29,501 nucleotides of DNA from IMG/VR virus record IMGVR_UViG_3300037462_000657, positions 1-29,501 of that record. One strand, given 5' to 3'. The notes under the pieces were generated by a model. The model made no database searches, was not told where the DNA came from, and saw only the letters and a list, made by a program, of their open reading frames with translations. The translations under genes were made by a program, and so were the position numbers. Below, piece after piece: positions 7,870-17,220 of this stretch. The DNA is from a virus (Duplodnaviria; Caudoviricetes). Within the stretch, counting starts at the first letter, position 1. Each line of letters opens with the position of its first letter.

Positions 7870-8124
7870 ATGCAAGGGATCACCGAAGGACACAAGAAAT
7901 TGAGGGCGTGGCTCGAAGCGGAGGGCAGGTCACAGAGTGCCCTGGGCCGCAAGCTGGGGGTGTCGCAGACCGCCGTGGCCCTGTGGGTCAAGCCGGGCCA
8001 CCGGCCGAGCTACCTGCACCGCGCGGCGCTGGAAAAGCTGGGGGTCTGCCCGGCGACCGACTGGGAGACCAAGGCGGAGCGCAAGAAGCGGGAAGAGCTG
8101 GAATCCCTGGGAGGTGCGGCGTGA
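7870..8124 (+). CDS. Cro/XRE-family HTH regulator
   Basis: SQSALGRKLGVSQTAVALWVKPGHRP HTH. First gene of the rightward operon. Confidence 0.88.
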   Translation: MQGITEGHKKLRAWLEAEGRSQSALGRKLGVSQTAVALWVKPGHRPSYLHRAALEKLGVCPATDWETKAERKKREELESLGGAA

Positions 8125-8423
8125 ACCTCCGGGAGTACCAGGCGCAGGCAGAGCGCACGCTCAACTCCGGGCTGCCGTTCCGGGAGCAGCTGTCGATGGC
8201 CACGCTCGGCCTCGGGGGCGAGGCCGGGGAGGTGCAGGAGCTGGTCAAGAAGGCCCTGTTCCACGGCACCGACCTGGACCGGGCGCGGGTGGCCGAGGAG
8301 CTGGGCGACGTGCTGTGGTACCTCTCGGCGCTGGCTAGCACGCTGGGCCTGTCGCTGGACGAGTTGGCGCAGCGGAACCTGGACAAGCTGCGGGCGCGCC
8401 ACCCGCACGGGTGGGGCCGATGA
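8121..8423 (+). CDS. MazG-like nucleotide pyrophosphohydrolase
   Basis: GTG at 8121. LGLGGEAGEVQELVKK...EELGDVLWY...N..KLRAR motif. Confidence 0.92.
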   Translation: MNLREYQAQAERTLNSGLPFREQLSMATLGLGGEAGEVQELVKKALFHGTDLDRARVAEELGDVLWYLSALASTLGLSLDELAQRNLDKLRARHPHGWGR

Positions 8424-9736
8424 ACTTGCGCGACTACCAGGCGAGCGCGCTGGACAAGGTGCGCGCGCGGCTACGCGAGGGGGCGCGTAGCGTGCTGCTT
8501 GTGGCCCCCACCGGCGCGGGCAAGGGGACCATCGCGGCGCACGTGCTGCGCTCCGTAGTCGAGCGCGGGGGCCGGGCGTTGTTCCTCGTGCACCGGGGCG
8601 AGATCCTGGCCGACGTGCAGGGGCGGCTGGCGGCCGGCGGGCTGCTCGACACCGCGATCCTCAAGGCAGGGGTGGCGGCCCAGCTGAGCGCCCCGGTGCA
8701 GCTGGCCAGCGTGCAGACGCTGGCGAGCCGCGGGCACGTCCGGCCTCCGGCCAACGTCGTGGTCTGGGACGAGGCGCACCACGCGGTGGCCGAGACCTAC
8801 CGGCAGATCCGCGAGGCCTACCCCGACGCCGTGCACCTGGGGCTCACGGCCACTCCGCAGCGGGCCGACCGGTCGCCGCTGGGGGACTGTTTCGAGCAGC
8901 TGGTGGTGGCGGCCACGCCCGCGCAGCTGCGTGACAAGGGGTTCTTGGTCCCCTGTGACGTGATCGCGCCCCCTACGGTGGGCGAGGGGGGCGAGCTCGC
9001 CTTGCACCCGGCCGACGCCTACCAGCGCTGGGGACAGGGCCGACGGTGCGTGCTCTTCGCCGCCACCGTGTCCGAGTCGCAGGCGTTCGTGGCGGCGCTC
9101 AACGGCGCGGGTGTCGCGGCCGAGCACCTGGACGGGGCCACGCGCGCGGCCGAGCGACAGGCGATCCTCGCGCGGCTGGCGAGCGGGGAGACCCGCGTGG
9201 TGAGCAACGTGTTCGTGCTCACCGAGGGCGTGGATATCCCCGCCGTGGAGGTGTGCATGCTGGCGCGTGGCTGCCAGGCCGAGAGCACCTTCCTGCAGAT
9301 GGTCGGGCGCGTGCTGCGCCCGGCCCCCGGCAAGGAGAGGGCACTGCTGATCGATCTGCGCGGGGTGGTCTGGCAGCACGGCCTCCCGTACGCCGAGCGT
9401 GAATACACGCTTGACGGCGAGGGGATCACGGCGCGCGAGAAGAAGCCGCAGGTGTGGTCCTGCGAGACGTGCTTTGCGGTCAACCCTCGCAGCGCCAAGG
9501 TGTGCCAGCGCTGCGACGCGCCGAAGCCGATCAGGATCGTCGCCCAGGAGATACGCGAGCGCAGCATGCAGGAGATCGACGAGAGCGCCGAGGTGCCCGA
9601 GATGTTCAAGCGCAAAGCTTTCCTGGCCCTGGCCAAGGCGCAGCGGGAGCGGGGGTACAAGCCGGGCTGGGTCGGCGTTCAGTTCAAGGAGAGGTTTGGG
9701 CACTGGCCGAACTGGCCACTTCCGGGGGCGCTATGA
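8420..9736 (+). CDS. SF2 DEAD/DEAH-box helicase with C-terminal zinc ribbon
   Basis: LRDYQ, APTGAGKG, DEAHH, GLTATP, LTEGVD, QMVGRVLR, CETC...CQRC, GYKPGW. Confidence 0.95.
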   Translation: MNLRDYQASALDKVRARLREGARSVLLVAPTGAGKGTIAAHVLRSVVERGGRALFLVHRGEILADVQGRLAAGGLLDTAILKAGVAAQLSAPVQLASVQTLASRGHVRPPANVVVWDEAHHAVAETYRQIREAYPDAVHLGLTATPQRADRSPLGDCFEQLVVAATPAQLRDKGFLVPCDVIAPPTVGEGGELALHPADAYQRWGQGRRCVLFAATVSESQAFVAALNGAGVAAEHLDGATRAAERQAILARLASGETRVVSNVFVLTEGVDIPAVEVCMLARGCQAESTFLQMVGRVLRPAPGKERALLIDLRGVVWQHGLPYAEREYTLDGEGITAREKKPQVWSCETCFAVNPRSAKVCQRCDAPKPIRIVAQEIRERSMQEIDESAEVPEMFKRKAFLALAKAQRERGYKPGWVGVQFKERFGHWPNWPLPGAL

Positions 9737-10080
9737 GCGAGTCGACGATACAGGCAGAGATCCGGCTAGCGCTGGGGTCGGAGCATGACCTCACGCTCTG
9801 GCGCAACAACACCGGCGTCGGAACCTTCTGGATGCCGAGCGGCAAGACGCAGCGGGTGCAGTACGGTCTGTGCGTCGGGTCGGCGGACCTGGTGGGGCTG
9901 CTGGCGCCGTCCGGGCGCTTTGTCGCCCTGGAGGTCAAGACCGAGGTGGGGCGCCTGACCAAGGAGCAGCGCGCTTTCCTGACTCACGTGCGGCAGATGG
10001 GCGGGTTCGCTGCGGTGGTGCGCAGCGTCGAGGAGGCGCGCGCCGCGGTGCAGCGCGCACGAGAGGGGGCGAGCGAATGA
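9733..10080 (+). CDS. VRR-NUC domain nuclease
   Basis: ESTIQ...WRNNTG...GSADLVG...ALEVKT..GRL..EQ..F. Confidence 0.92.
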   Translation: MSESTIQAEIRLALGSEHDLTLWRNNTGVGTFWMPSGKTQRVQYGLCVGSADLVGLLAPSGRFVALEVKTEVGRLTKEQRAFLTHVRQMGGFAAVVRSVEEARAAVQRAREGASE

Positions 10081-10463
10081 GCGTCGAACGAGCCATGAAG
10101 CTGGTCATGCTGGCAAGCAGCCCAAACGAGCACGAGGCGCGGACAGCGGCCTTTCTTGCCTGCAAGGCGATTCGCGAAGGCAGGCTGGTGCTGCTCCACC
10201 CCGATGACCCGAGGCTGCACGCTCGAGCGGAGTCGCCGCCGCGCGAGCAGAAGACGCGGGATCCCGAGGCCAGGGCCCGCGAGGAGCAGAAGCAACGGCA
10301 GGCCTATCAGGACGCCAAGGCCAGGACAAAGGCGAAGGATCGCAAGCTGATCGAGCTCCGCTTTGACGGCTGGTGTCGTTCGTGTCGCGTGGGGATTCCT
10401 GCGGGGCAAGAGGCATGGTGGGCCAGCGGCGAAGGCGTGCTTTGCGGGAGGTGCTACCGATGA
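10077..10463 (+). CDS. Hypothetical protein (DUF2786-like N-terminus, C-terminal zinc finger)
   Basis: LASSPNEHEARTAA and CRSC...CGRC. ATGA overlaps on both sides. Confidence 0.72.
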   Translation: MSVERAMKLVMLASSPNEHEARTAAFLACKAIREGRLVLLHPDDPRLHARAESPPREQKTRDPEARAREEQKQRQAYQDAKARTKAKDRKLIELRFDGWCRSCRVGIPAGQEAWWASGEGVLCGRCYR

Positions 10464-12670
10464 GCCCCGCGCTGGAGCTGTCGGTCATGGGTCACGCGGC
10501 GCTGGGGCTGGCGGCGCGGGGGTTCCGGGTGTTCCCCGTGTGGGAGATCGTCGATGGGGTCTGCGCCTGCCACAAGGGCGCGAAGTGCGACCGACCGGGG
10601 AAGCACCCGCGCACCAGGCGCGGGCTCTGGGAAGGCACCACCGACGCGGGGCGGATCACCTCCTGGTGGATCGAGTCGCCCGAGGCCAACGTCGGGATCC
10701 GCACGGGCGTCGATCTCTTCGTTGTCGACCTCGACGGCGAGGAGGGGCAGGCCACGTGGGCGCGGCTGTGCCGGGAGTGGGGGCTGCAGGTCGACACCCT
10801 GCGCGCGTACAGCGGCGGAGGCGGCGTGCACCTGTTCTTCCAGGGCAGCGGGAAGACCACCGTGGGGCTGCTGGGCAAGGGCGTCGACACCCGGGGCGAG
10901 GGCGGCTACGTGGTCGCGCCGCCCTCGCTGCACGCCAGCGGGCGGCGGTACCGCTGGGACGACGAGGGCACGACGGAGATCGCCGAGGTGCCGGCGGTCG
11001 TCGTCGAGGCCGCGGGCAGGCTACGACCCGCCCCCGAGGCCGACGTGGGCAACGCCACCTTCGTCCACGGCAGCCGCAACAAAGCGCTGACCAGCGTGGC
11101 CGGGGCGCTCCGGCGCCGCGGGCTTGACGCCGAGGCGATCCTGGCGGCGCTGCTCGCCTTGAACGCCGCGAAGTGCAGGCCGCCCCTCGACGAGCAGGAG
11201 GTGAAGCGGATCGCTCAGAGCGTCGGCCGCTACCCTCCGGCGAGCGAGGCTACGCGCGAGGGTGTGGGCCCCGACGGCGTGGGGCACGTCTCGAAAGCGG
11301 TGCAGCTGATGCGCCTGGTGGAGCAGTGGCCGGTGGTGCAGTCCCCCACCGGGCGCTTCTACGCCGAGGTCGACGGCGCGGCGCTTCCTCTCGACGGCAA
11401 GGCGTGGGGGGCGTGGGTCGCCGCCCAGTACCAGGCGCGCCACGGCGGGGTGGTGTCCGGGGGGCTGATCAAGGACACCAGCACCGTGCTGATGGGCCGA
11501 CCCCAGCGCGCCGCCGAGGTCCCCCTGCGGGTCGGAGTGCGCGACGGCGCCCCGTGGCTCGACCTCGGGGAACAGGGGGCGGTGCCGCTGGCGGACGTCG
11601 AGGAGGAGGCGCTGCCCCCCGCCTTCTTCCGCCCCTCGGGGACGCTGGGGCTCCCGGTCCCCGAGGACGCAGGGCCCGAGGCGCTGGAGGAGCTGCGCGT
11701 CTTCCTCGGCTTCGACCACGGGCACCTCTGGACCTGCTGCCTCGCGTGGCTCATGGCCTGCTTGCGCCCCGCGGCGCCGTACCCGGTGCTCTTCCTCCAG
11801 GGCGAGGCGGACAGCGGCAAGAGCACGCTGGGGGAGATCCTGCGGTCGCTGGTGGACCCCCGGGGCCTGGAGAGCCTGAGCCTGCCACGGGGCGCCGAGG
11901 CGCTCCGCAACCTCGCCATCCAGGCGGAGCACAATCACGTGCTCGTCTACGACAATGTGTCGTCCCTCGACGGGGACCTGTCGGACGCCTTCTGCCGCAT
12001 CGCCACGGGCGACGGTTTTGCGATTCGGTCGCTCTACAGCGACCGTGACCTGGTGGTCTTCCGCGCCGCCCGGCCCGTGCTCTTCACCTCGATCGTCGAC
12101 GCCCTCGTGAGGCCCGACCTCTTGTCGCGGGCGCTGATCGCGCAGCTCCCCGTCCGCGCCATCGAAGGCGGACGCCGGGTCACCCCGGGCGAGCTCCGGG
12201 CGGGGGTGGCGGCGCGAGCCCCGCGGGTGCTCGGGGCGCTGGTGGCTGCGGCGCGGGGCTCACGGCCCGTCGAGGTGCCCGCAACCATCCGCATGGGGGG
12301 CCCGGCGGCCTTCGCTGCGGGGGCTGAAGAGGCGCTGGGGCTGCCGCCGGGGTCGGTCGTGGGGGCTTACCTGGCCAGCCGCAAGAGGGCCCACGAGACC
12401 GAGGCCGAGGACCCGCTGGTCGAGGCGCTTCTGGAGTACCTTCGACCCGGTACCCACCTACACCTCACGTACCGTCAGCTTCTGGACGAGCTGACGGCAC
12501 GAGCCTGGGGGGACACCCGGCCGCCGGCCTGGTGGCCAGGCCACGGCAAGGCGCTCCAGGCCCACCTGCGCCGGCATGCGGGGCTGCTGCGGGCTTCGCG
12601 GGTGACCTGGGAGGTACGCGAGGAGGGGCACGCGAAGGTCAAGAAGCTGTACCTGCGCCGCGAGGCCTGA
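10460..12670 (+). CDS. Bifunctional primase-polymerase (Prim-Pol) with PriCT-1 and P-loop ATPase/helicase domain
   Basis: VFP, GKHP, NVGIRTG, VVDLD, GGGVHLFF, GVDTRGEGGYVVAPPSLH, GSRN..L...PPL..EV..I..S, Walker A GEADSGKST, YDN. Confidence 0.93.
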   Translation: MSPALELSVMGHAALGLAARGFRVFPVWEIVDGVCACHKGAKCDRPGKHPRTRRGLWEGTTDAGRITSWWIESPEANVGIRTGVDLFVVDLDGEEGQATWARLCREWGLQVDTLRAYSGGGGVHLFFQGSGKTTVGLLGKGVDTRGEGGYVVAPPSLHASGRRYRWDDEGTTEIAEVPAVVVEAAGRLRPAPEADVGNATFVHGSRNKALTSVAGALRRRGLDAEAILAALLALNAAKCRPPLDEQEVKRIAQSVGRYPPASEATREGVGPDGVGHVSKAVQLMRLVEQWPVVQSPTGRFYAEVDGAALPLDGKAWGAWVAAQYQARHGGVVSGGLIKDTSTVLMGRPQRAAEVPLRVGVRDGAPWLDLGEQGAVPLADVEEEALPPAFFRPSGTLGLPVPEDAGPEALEELRVFLGFDHGHLWTCCLAWLMACLRPAAPYPVLFLQGEADSGKSTLGEILRSLVDPRGLESLSLPRGAEALRNLAIQAEHNHVLVYDNVSSLDGDLSDAFCRIATGDGFAIRSLYSDRDLVVFRAARPVLFTSIVDALVRPDLLSRALIAQLPVRAIEGGRRVTPGELRAGVAARAPRVLGALVAAARGSRPVEVPATIRMGGPAAFAAGAEEALGLPPGSVVGAYLASRKRAHETEAEDPLVEALLEYLRPGTHLHLTYRQLLDELTARAWGDTRPPAWWPGHGKALQAHLRRHAGLLRASRVTWEVREEGHAKVKKLYLRREA

Positions 12671-12681
12671 CGCGCGGCCTG

Positions 12682-12960
12682 TGCGGGTCGTTGCGGGTCG
12701 TTGCCGGGAGCCCTTGCGGGTCGTTGCCGCAGCCTTTTTAGGCTGCGGTTTTGCATTTGCGGGTCGTGCGGGCTGTTTGCGAGCGTCGCCCACCTATCCA
12801 TTTTTGTCATCACAGTATGGGGGCAGCCATGACCCACACTTGTATCTATCTATCTATTTTTTTTCTAGATTTTAAAACAACGACCCGCACGACCCGCACG
12901 ATACGCAAGAGCCAAATTTGGCTTTGAGGCTGCGGGTCGTTGCGGGTCGTTGCGGGTCGT
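12682..12960. repeat. Iteron-like 10-bp repeats around an AT-rich core (putative replication origin)
   Basis: TGCGGGTCGT at 12682, 12692, 12715, 12758, 12931, 12941 and 12951; inverted ACGACCCGCA at 12880 and 12889. AT-rich tract at 12840-12880. Confidence 0.8.
12727..12752 (+). terminator. Putative intrinsic terminator after the primase gene
   Basis: CCGCAGCCT-TTTT-AGGCTGCGG 9-bp stem followed by TTTT. Confidence 0.6.
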
Positions 12961-13006
12961 TCACAAGCGTAGTTTTGTGCTTACGCTTGTGCTATTCGTA
13001 CTTGAC

Positions 13007-13249
13007 ATGAGCGAGCCGACCCAAAAAGCAGGGGAGATAGATGGGGTCTCTTTCGCCCCCAGACTGGAAAGCCTGCGGGTCGTCCTGCCCGGACAGACGC
13101 GGGGCCGCACTGACCCACCTCCCCGCACCCGGTGCTGTCGGTGCGGGTTGGTGGAGGTGGAGGGCGACCGGGAGGACATGCCTGCGTGCGCGCCGTGCCT
13201 GCGGGAGGTTGAGGAGGAGATCGCGGGGGGCCGGGAGCGCTCCCCGTGA
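13007..13249 (+). CDS. Small Cys-containing hypothetical protein (80 aa)
   Basis: ATG at 13007, CCRC...CAPC, GTGA overlap with the next gene. Confidence 0.55.
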   Translation: MSEPTQKAGEIDGVSFAPRLESLRVVLPGQTRGRTDPPPRTRCCRCGLVEVEGDREDMPACAPCLREVEEEIAGGRERSP

Positions 13250-13686
13250 CCAAGCGGAAGGGCGCCGCAAGCGGCGCAACAGGGGCCGAAACGGCGGCGG
13301 AAGTGATCTCCCTCCCGGGGCTCCCGCTGGCCGGTGAGCAGGCTGCGGTGGTGCTGGGGCTCAAGCTCACGGGCCAGTGGCACCACCGCTCAGCAACCTC
13401 GCTCGCGGCCCAGTGGGGCACAAGCGACACCTGGGTGCGGCAGATGGCCGTCCGGGTGGATGAGGCGCTGGAGCAGCTCGCCGGCCGGGAGCCGACCCGG
13501 AGGCTGGTGATGCACCAACTGCTCCTTGCGCTGAGCGAGGTGGACCAGATCACCGACGCCGCCAAGCGGGTCGCCGCACGGGTCAAGGTGTGCGGCGAGA
13601 TCGCCAAGGTCACCGGGCTGGTGAAGGGCGCCACCTTCACCCTCGGGGGGCCGCCCCCTCCGCTGACCGACGAGGCGCTGCGCTGA
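13246..13686 (+). CDS. Putative terminase small subunit
   Basis: HTH-like LAAQWGTSDTWVRQ plus helical region. Directly upstream of and coupled (TGATG) to TerL. Confidence 0.6.
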   Translation: MTKRKGAASGATGAETAAEVISLPGLPLAGEQAAVVLGLKLTGQWHHRSATSLAAQWGTSDTWVRQMAVRVDEALEQLAGREPTRRLVMHQLLLALSEVDQITDAAKRVAARVKVCGEIAKVTGLVKGATFTLGGPPPPLTDEALR

Positions 13687-15239
13687 TGGTCCGCAAGGCG
13701 CCCGTGGCCGCAGGGCCGCTCAGCCTCGAAGGGCTCCTCACGGGAACCCGGGGCTTCGGCTTGACCGGCGCCACGGCGGTGCAGCGGGCGGTCTGCCGCG
13801 TGATTGAGGGCGAGCCGCTAGGGGACCTGGCCGACCACCCCAGAGTGGTGCGCGCGCTCGGTGGCCAGGAGGCGGCGGCCTTCCTCGCCGCGCCGCCGGG
13901 GCGACCGCGCAAGGTATACAACGTCTCAGGGATCCGGGGGGCCAAGAGCCTCACGCTCGCCGCCGTGGCGACCAGCGCCAGCCAGCGCATCGACCTCAGC
14001 AGCCTCGGAGCCGGCGAGATCCCCCGGTTCTCGATCCTCTCGACCAGCCTGGATATCGCCCAGGTGAGCTTCAACGACCACCTGGTCGGCAAGATCATGG
14101 CCTCGCCCAACCTGAAGGCGCTGCTGATGGACGAGCCCAAGAGCGACTCGCTTTTGCTGCGCCACCCCTCGGGGCGCCCGGTGGAGATCAAGGTGGTCGC
14201 GGGCTCTCGGGCGGGCTCGACGCTGGTGGCCCGCTGGTCGGCGGGGCTCGCGGCGGACGAGGCCCCGCGCATGCACGGGGATGAGGCTGTGGTGAACTTC
14301 GAAGACAGCGTGCGCGCCGTGGAAGGGCGGCTGCTCCCTGCTGCACAGATCTTCGCTTGGGGCTCTCCCTGGGCGCCCGCGGGCCCGGTGTACGAGACCG
14401 TGATGGAGCGGTGGGGGCGGCCGGGGCTGGACCTGGTGGTGATCCGCGCGCCTGCCTACGACCTCAACCCGGTCAAGTGGACCCCCGAGGAGTGCGAGCG
14501 CATGCGCCGGGAGAACCCGGACGCCTACCGCACCGACGTGGAGGCCGAGTTTGCCGACGCTGACGCGGCGCTGTTCTCGTCGGTCGAGATCGAGCGGTGC
14601 ACGCGCCACGGGGCCACGGAGCTGCCCTACCGCCCCGGCCGCTCCTACGTCGCAGCGATGGACCCGGCGACCCGTGGCAACGCGTGGACGGTCATGGTTG
14701 GCCACGAGGAGGGGGGCCGCTTGGTGATCGACGCCGCGCGACAGTGGAAGGGGAGCAAAGCCGACCCGCTAGACCCGCGCGTTACCCTCGCCGAGATCGC
14801 GGCGTTGCTGCGCTGCTACCGGCTCGACGCCGCCGACACCGACCAGCTGGGGTTTGACTTCGTGCACGCGCTCGCCGCCGACGCCGGGCTCACCCTGACG
14901 CAGGTGGCCTGGAGCGCGAGTAACAAGATGCTCGCCTTCGATGCTTTGCGGCGTCGGCTGGCGACCGGCACGATCGAGCTACCACCGGACCCGCAGGTGC
15001 GCGCCGATCTCGTCGGCGTGCGCCGCCGCGTGACCACCAGCGGCGTACAGATTCACCTGCCATCCACGGGGGACGGCAGGCACAGCGATTACGCGCCACC
15101 GCTTGCGCGGCTGGCCGCCCAGAGCCTCGACGACGTGTTCGAGGAGCACCAGGAGGACCCATGGGAAGCACGAGCAGAGCGAGAGGCAGAAGCGCGCGAG
15201 GCGAGGCTGCGCCGGAGACGGGAGGAGGAGACGTGGTAA
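13686..15239 (+). CDS. terL: Terminase large subunit
   Basis: ATG at 13686. Walker A variant SGIRGAKS, Walker B LAADEA, coupling GSPW, EAEF, RNase H-like AMDPA and C-terminal HSD. Confidence 0.9.
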   Translation: MVRKAPVAAGPLSLEGLLTGTRGFGLTGATAVQRAVCRVIEGEPLGDLADHPRVVRALGGQEAAAFLAAPPGRPRKVYNVSGIRGAKSLTLAAVATSASQRIDLSSLGAGEIPRFSILSTSLDIAQVSFNDHLVGKIMASPNLKALLMDEPKSDSLLLRHPSGRPVEIKVVAGSRAGSTLVARWSAGLAADEAPRMHGDEAVVNFEDSVRAVEGRLLPAAQIFAWGSPWAPAGPVYETVMERWGRPGLDLVVIRAPAYDLNPVKWTPEECERMRRENPDAYRTDVEAEFADADAALFSSVEIERCTRHGATELPYRPGRSYVAAMDPATRGNAWTVMVGHEEGGRLVIDAARQWKGSKADPLDPRVTLAEIAALLRCYRLDAADTDQLGFDFVHALAADAGLTLTQVAWSASNKMLAFDALRRRLATGTIELPPDPQVRADLVGVRRRVTTSGVQIHLPSTGDGRHSDYAPPLARLAAQSLDDVFEEHQEDPWEARAEREAEAREARLRRRREEETW

Positions 15240-15430
15240 GCGCGGTGGTGGCGCTGGCCACGGCGGCGAGGGGGGCAGGGGTGACGCACCTGCGGCTGAG
15301 GCAGGGGCCGGTGGCGGAGCTGGTGCTGCTGCCCGCGGACCCGCCCATGCTGCCGGCGCCGAGCGAGGACGCCGAGGGGGATGCGCGGCTGGAGCGTGAG
15401 CTGCGCCTGCGCGGCGGCGGTGCACCGTGA
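15233..15430 (+). CDS. Small hypothetical protein (65 aa)
   Basis: GGAGGAG then GTG at 15233. Fills the TerL-portal gap with a GTGA overlap. Confidence 0.6.
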   Translation: MVSAVVALATAARGAGVTHLRLRQGPVAELVLLPADPPMLPAPSEDAEGDARLERELRLRGGGAP

Positions 15431-17220
15431 GGGACCGTGGCGAGACGCGCTGGTGGCGGGCCGAGGAGCGCCACCGGCTGACCGTGCTGCGGGCGGCGCT
15501 GGACGACGTGTACCGGTCGAGCGACCGGCGCATGGCGTCCTACGAGCGCGCCGTGCGGCTCTACCAAGAGAAGCAAGAGGTGGTGATCGGGCGCAACCTG
15601 GCCACCCCTGCACGGCTGGACTTCAACCTGACCGCGACACTGGCCTTGACGGCGCGCGCTCACTACGCCGAGTTCCCGCCCCCGCGAGCGGCGATCACCA
15701 CCACCGGCGGCCTGAGCGAGGTCCGCCAGCGGGGCCGCGCGCTCCAGAAGTGGAGCAGCGGCGCGGTAGCTACGACGAAGCTCGATAAGATCGTCAGAGA
15801 AACCGTCGCCGTACGATCGGCCCTGTTCGGTGACGGCGTGGTGCGGGTGGGCTCACGCTGGGGGCAGTTGACCGCAACGGCGGTGCGCCCCTGGGACCTG
15901 TGGGCGCACGAAGAAGACGAGCGCACCGGCGACCTCCGCAGCCTCTACTCGATCACCGAAGAAGACCGGGGCGTCCTCGCCCATCTGTACCCGGATCAGG
16001 CGAAGGCCATCGACGACACCGACGGCTATGGGCTCGTGCCCTGGTCGTCGCTGGGCAGGCTCTACAGCGGGCGCTCGCACCGGATCCCGGTGCTGGAGGC
16101 ATGGCACCTGCCGAGCGCACCCGACGCCGACGATGGGCGGCACGTGGTGGCGATCCAGGACCTGGTGCTCGTCGATGAGCCGTGGCAGCAGAGCCGGTTC
16201 CCGTTCACGTTCTGGGGCTGGCGTGCGCCGGTCGGTGGCGGCTTCTGGTCTACGGGCATCGCCGACGGCGTGGGCGAGTTCCAGCGGCAGATCGGTCTCT
16301 TGCTGCACCGGTTGCAGCAGGCAATCGACCTCACCACCAACCCCCGGATGCTTGCGCCGATCGCGTCGAAGCCGCGCCCTTGGCCCCCCACGAACGAAGC
16401 GGGAGGCATCCTCTGGTACCACGGCAACGTCCCTCCGGCGTGGGATGTGGCGCGTGCGGTCAGCCCCGAGATCGCCGCCCAGATCGAGCGGCTCTATTCC
16501 CAGGGGTTCCGCCAGGAGGGCATCAGCGAGATGGCCTCGATGGGCGTCAAGCCCGCGGGGCTCAACAGCGGCGAGGCCCTGCGCGTCTACGCGGACAAAT
16601 CCTCGGGGCGCCTCGCGTCGTGGACGCTGGGGGCGCAAGAAATGTACGTCGAGGTCACCGACCTCATGCTCGACGAGGCGCGTCGCCTCACCGAAAAAGA
16701 CCCTGACTTTTCGATTGTCTACGAGGACCAGGAGCAGGGGATCGTCGAGCGAATCCCGTTCCTCGACGTGGACCTTGAGCGCGACGCCTACGTGGTCCAG
16801 AAGGGCGCGGTCAGCAGCCTGCCCGAGAGCCCGGCAGGTCGCCGCGCGCTCGTGGCCGACATGCTCGCCACCGGGCAGATCGACCCGGCGCGGGCTGCGC
16901 GGTTGACCCGCGACCCGGACCTCGAAGCCGACGCCGACCTCGACGAAGCGCGCGTCACCTGGCTCAAGCGCACCCTGGAAAACATGCTGTTCGGCGACGG
17001 CGCCTACGTGCCGCCGGAGCCGATGGACGACCTCGTGAACGGCAAGGCTTTGATCGCTCAGTACTACGCCAAGGCGCGGGCCGAGGGCGTGGCCCCCGAG
17101 CGCCTTGCCCTGGCCCGCAAATGGGCCGCCGCGTGCGTCGCGCTGATGACGCCACCCCCAGCCCCACCCCCAGCCCCCGGCGCCGCGCCAGCGCCCCTAC
17201 CTGAGACGGAGATGCCATGA
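15427..17220 (+). CDS. Portal protein
   Basis: 597 aa after TerL. FGDGVVRV and GISEMASMG...SGEALR are typical of P22-like portals. Pro-rich tail. Confidence 0.85.
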   Translation: MRDRGETRWWRAEERHRLTVLRAALDDVYRSSDRRMASYERAVRLYQEKQEVVIGRNLATPARLDFNLTATLALTARAHYAEFPPPRAAITTTGGLSEVRQRGRALQKWSSGAVATTKLDKIVRETVAVRSALFGDGVVRVGSRWGQLTATAVRPWDLWAHEEDERTGDLRSLYSITEEDRGVLAHLYPDQAKAIDDTDGYGLVPWSSLGRLYSGRSHRIPVLEAWHLPSAPDADDGRHVVAIQDLVLVDEPWQQSRFPFTFWGWRAPVGGGFWSTGIADGVGEFQRQIGLLLHRLQQAIDLTTNPRMLAPIASKPRPWPPTNEAGGILWYHGNVPPAWDVARAVSPEIAAQIERLYSQGFRQEGISEMASMGVKPAGLNSGEALRVYADKSSGRLASWTLGAQEMYVEVTDLMLDEARRLTEKDPDFSIVYEDQEQGIVERIPFLDVDLERDAYVVQKGAVSSLPESPAGRRALVADMLATGQIDPARAARLTRDPDLEADADLDEARVTWLKRTLENMLFGDGAYVPPEPMDDLVNGKALIAQYYAKARAEGVAPERLALARKWAAACVALMTPPPAPPPAPGAAPAPLPETEMP

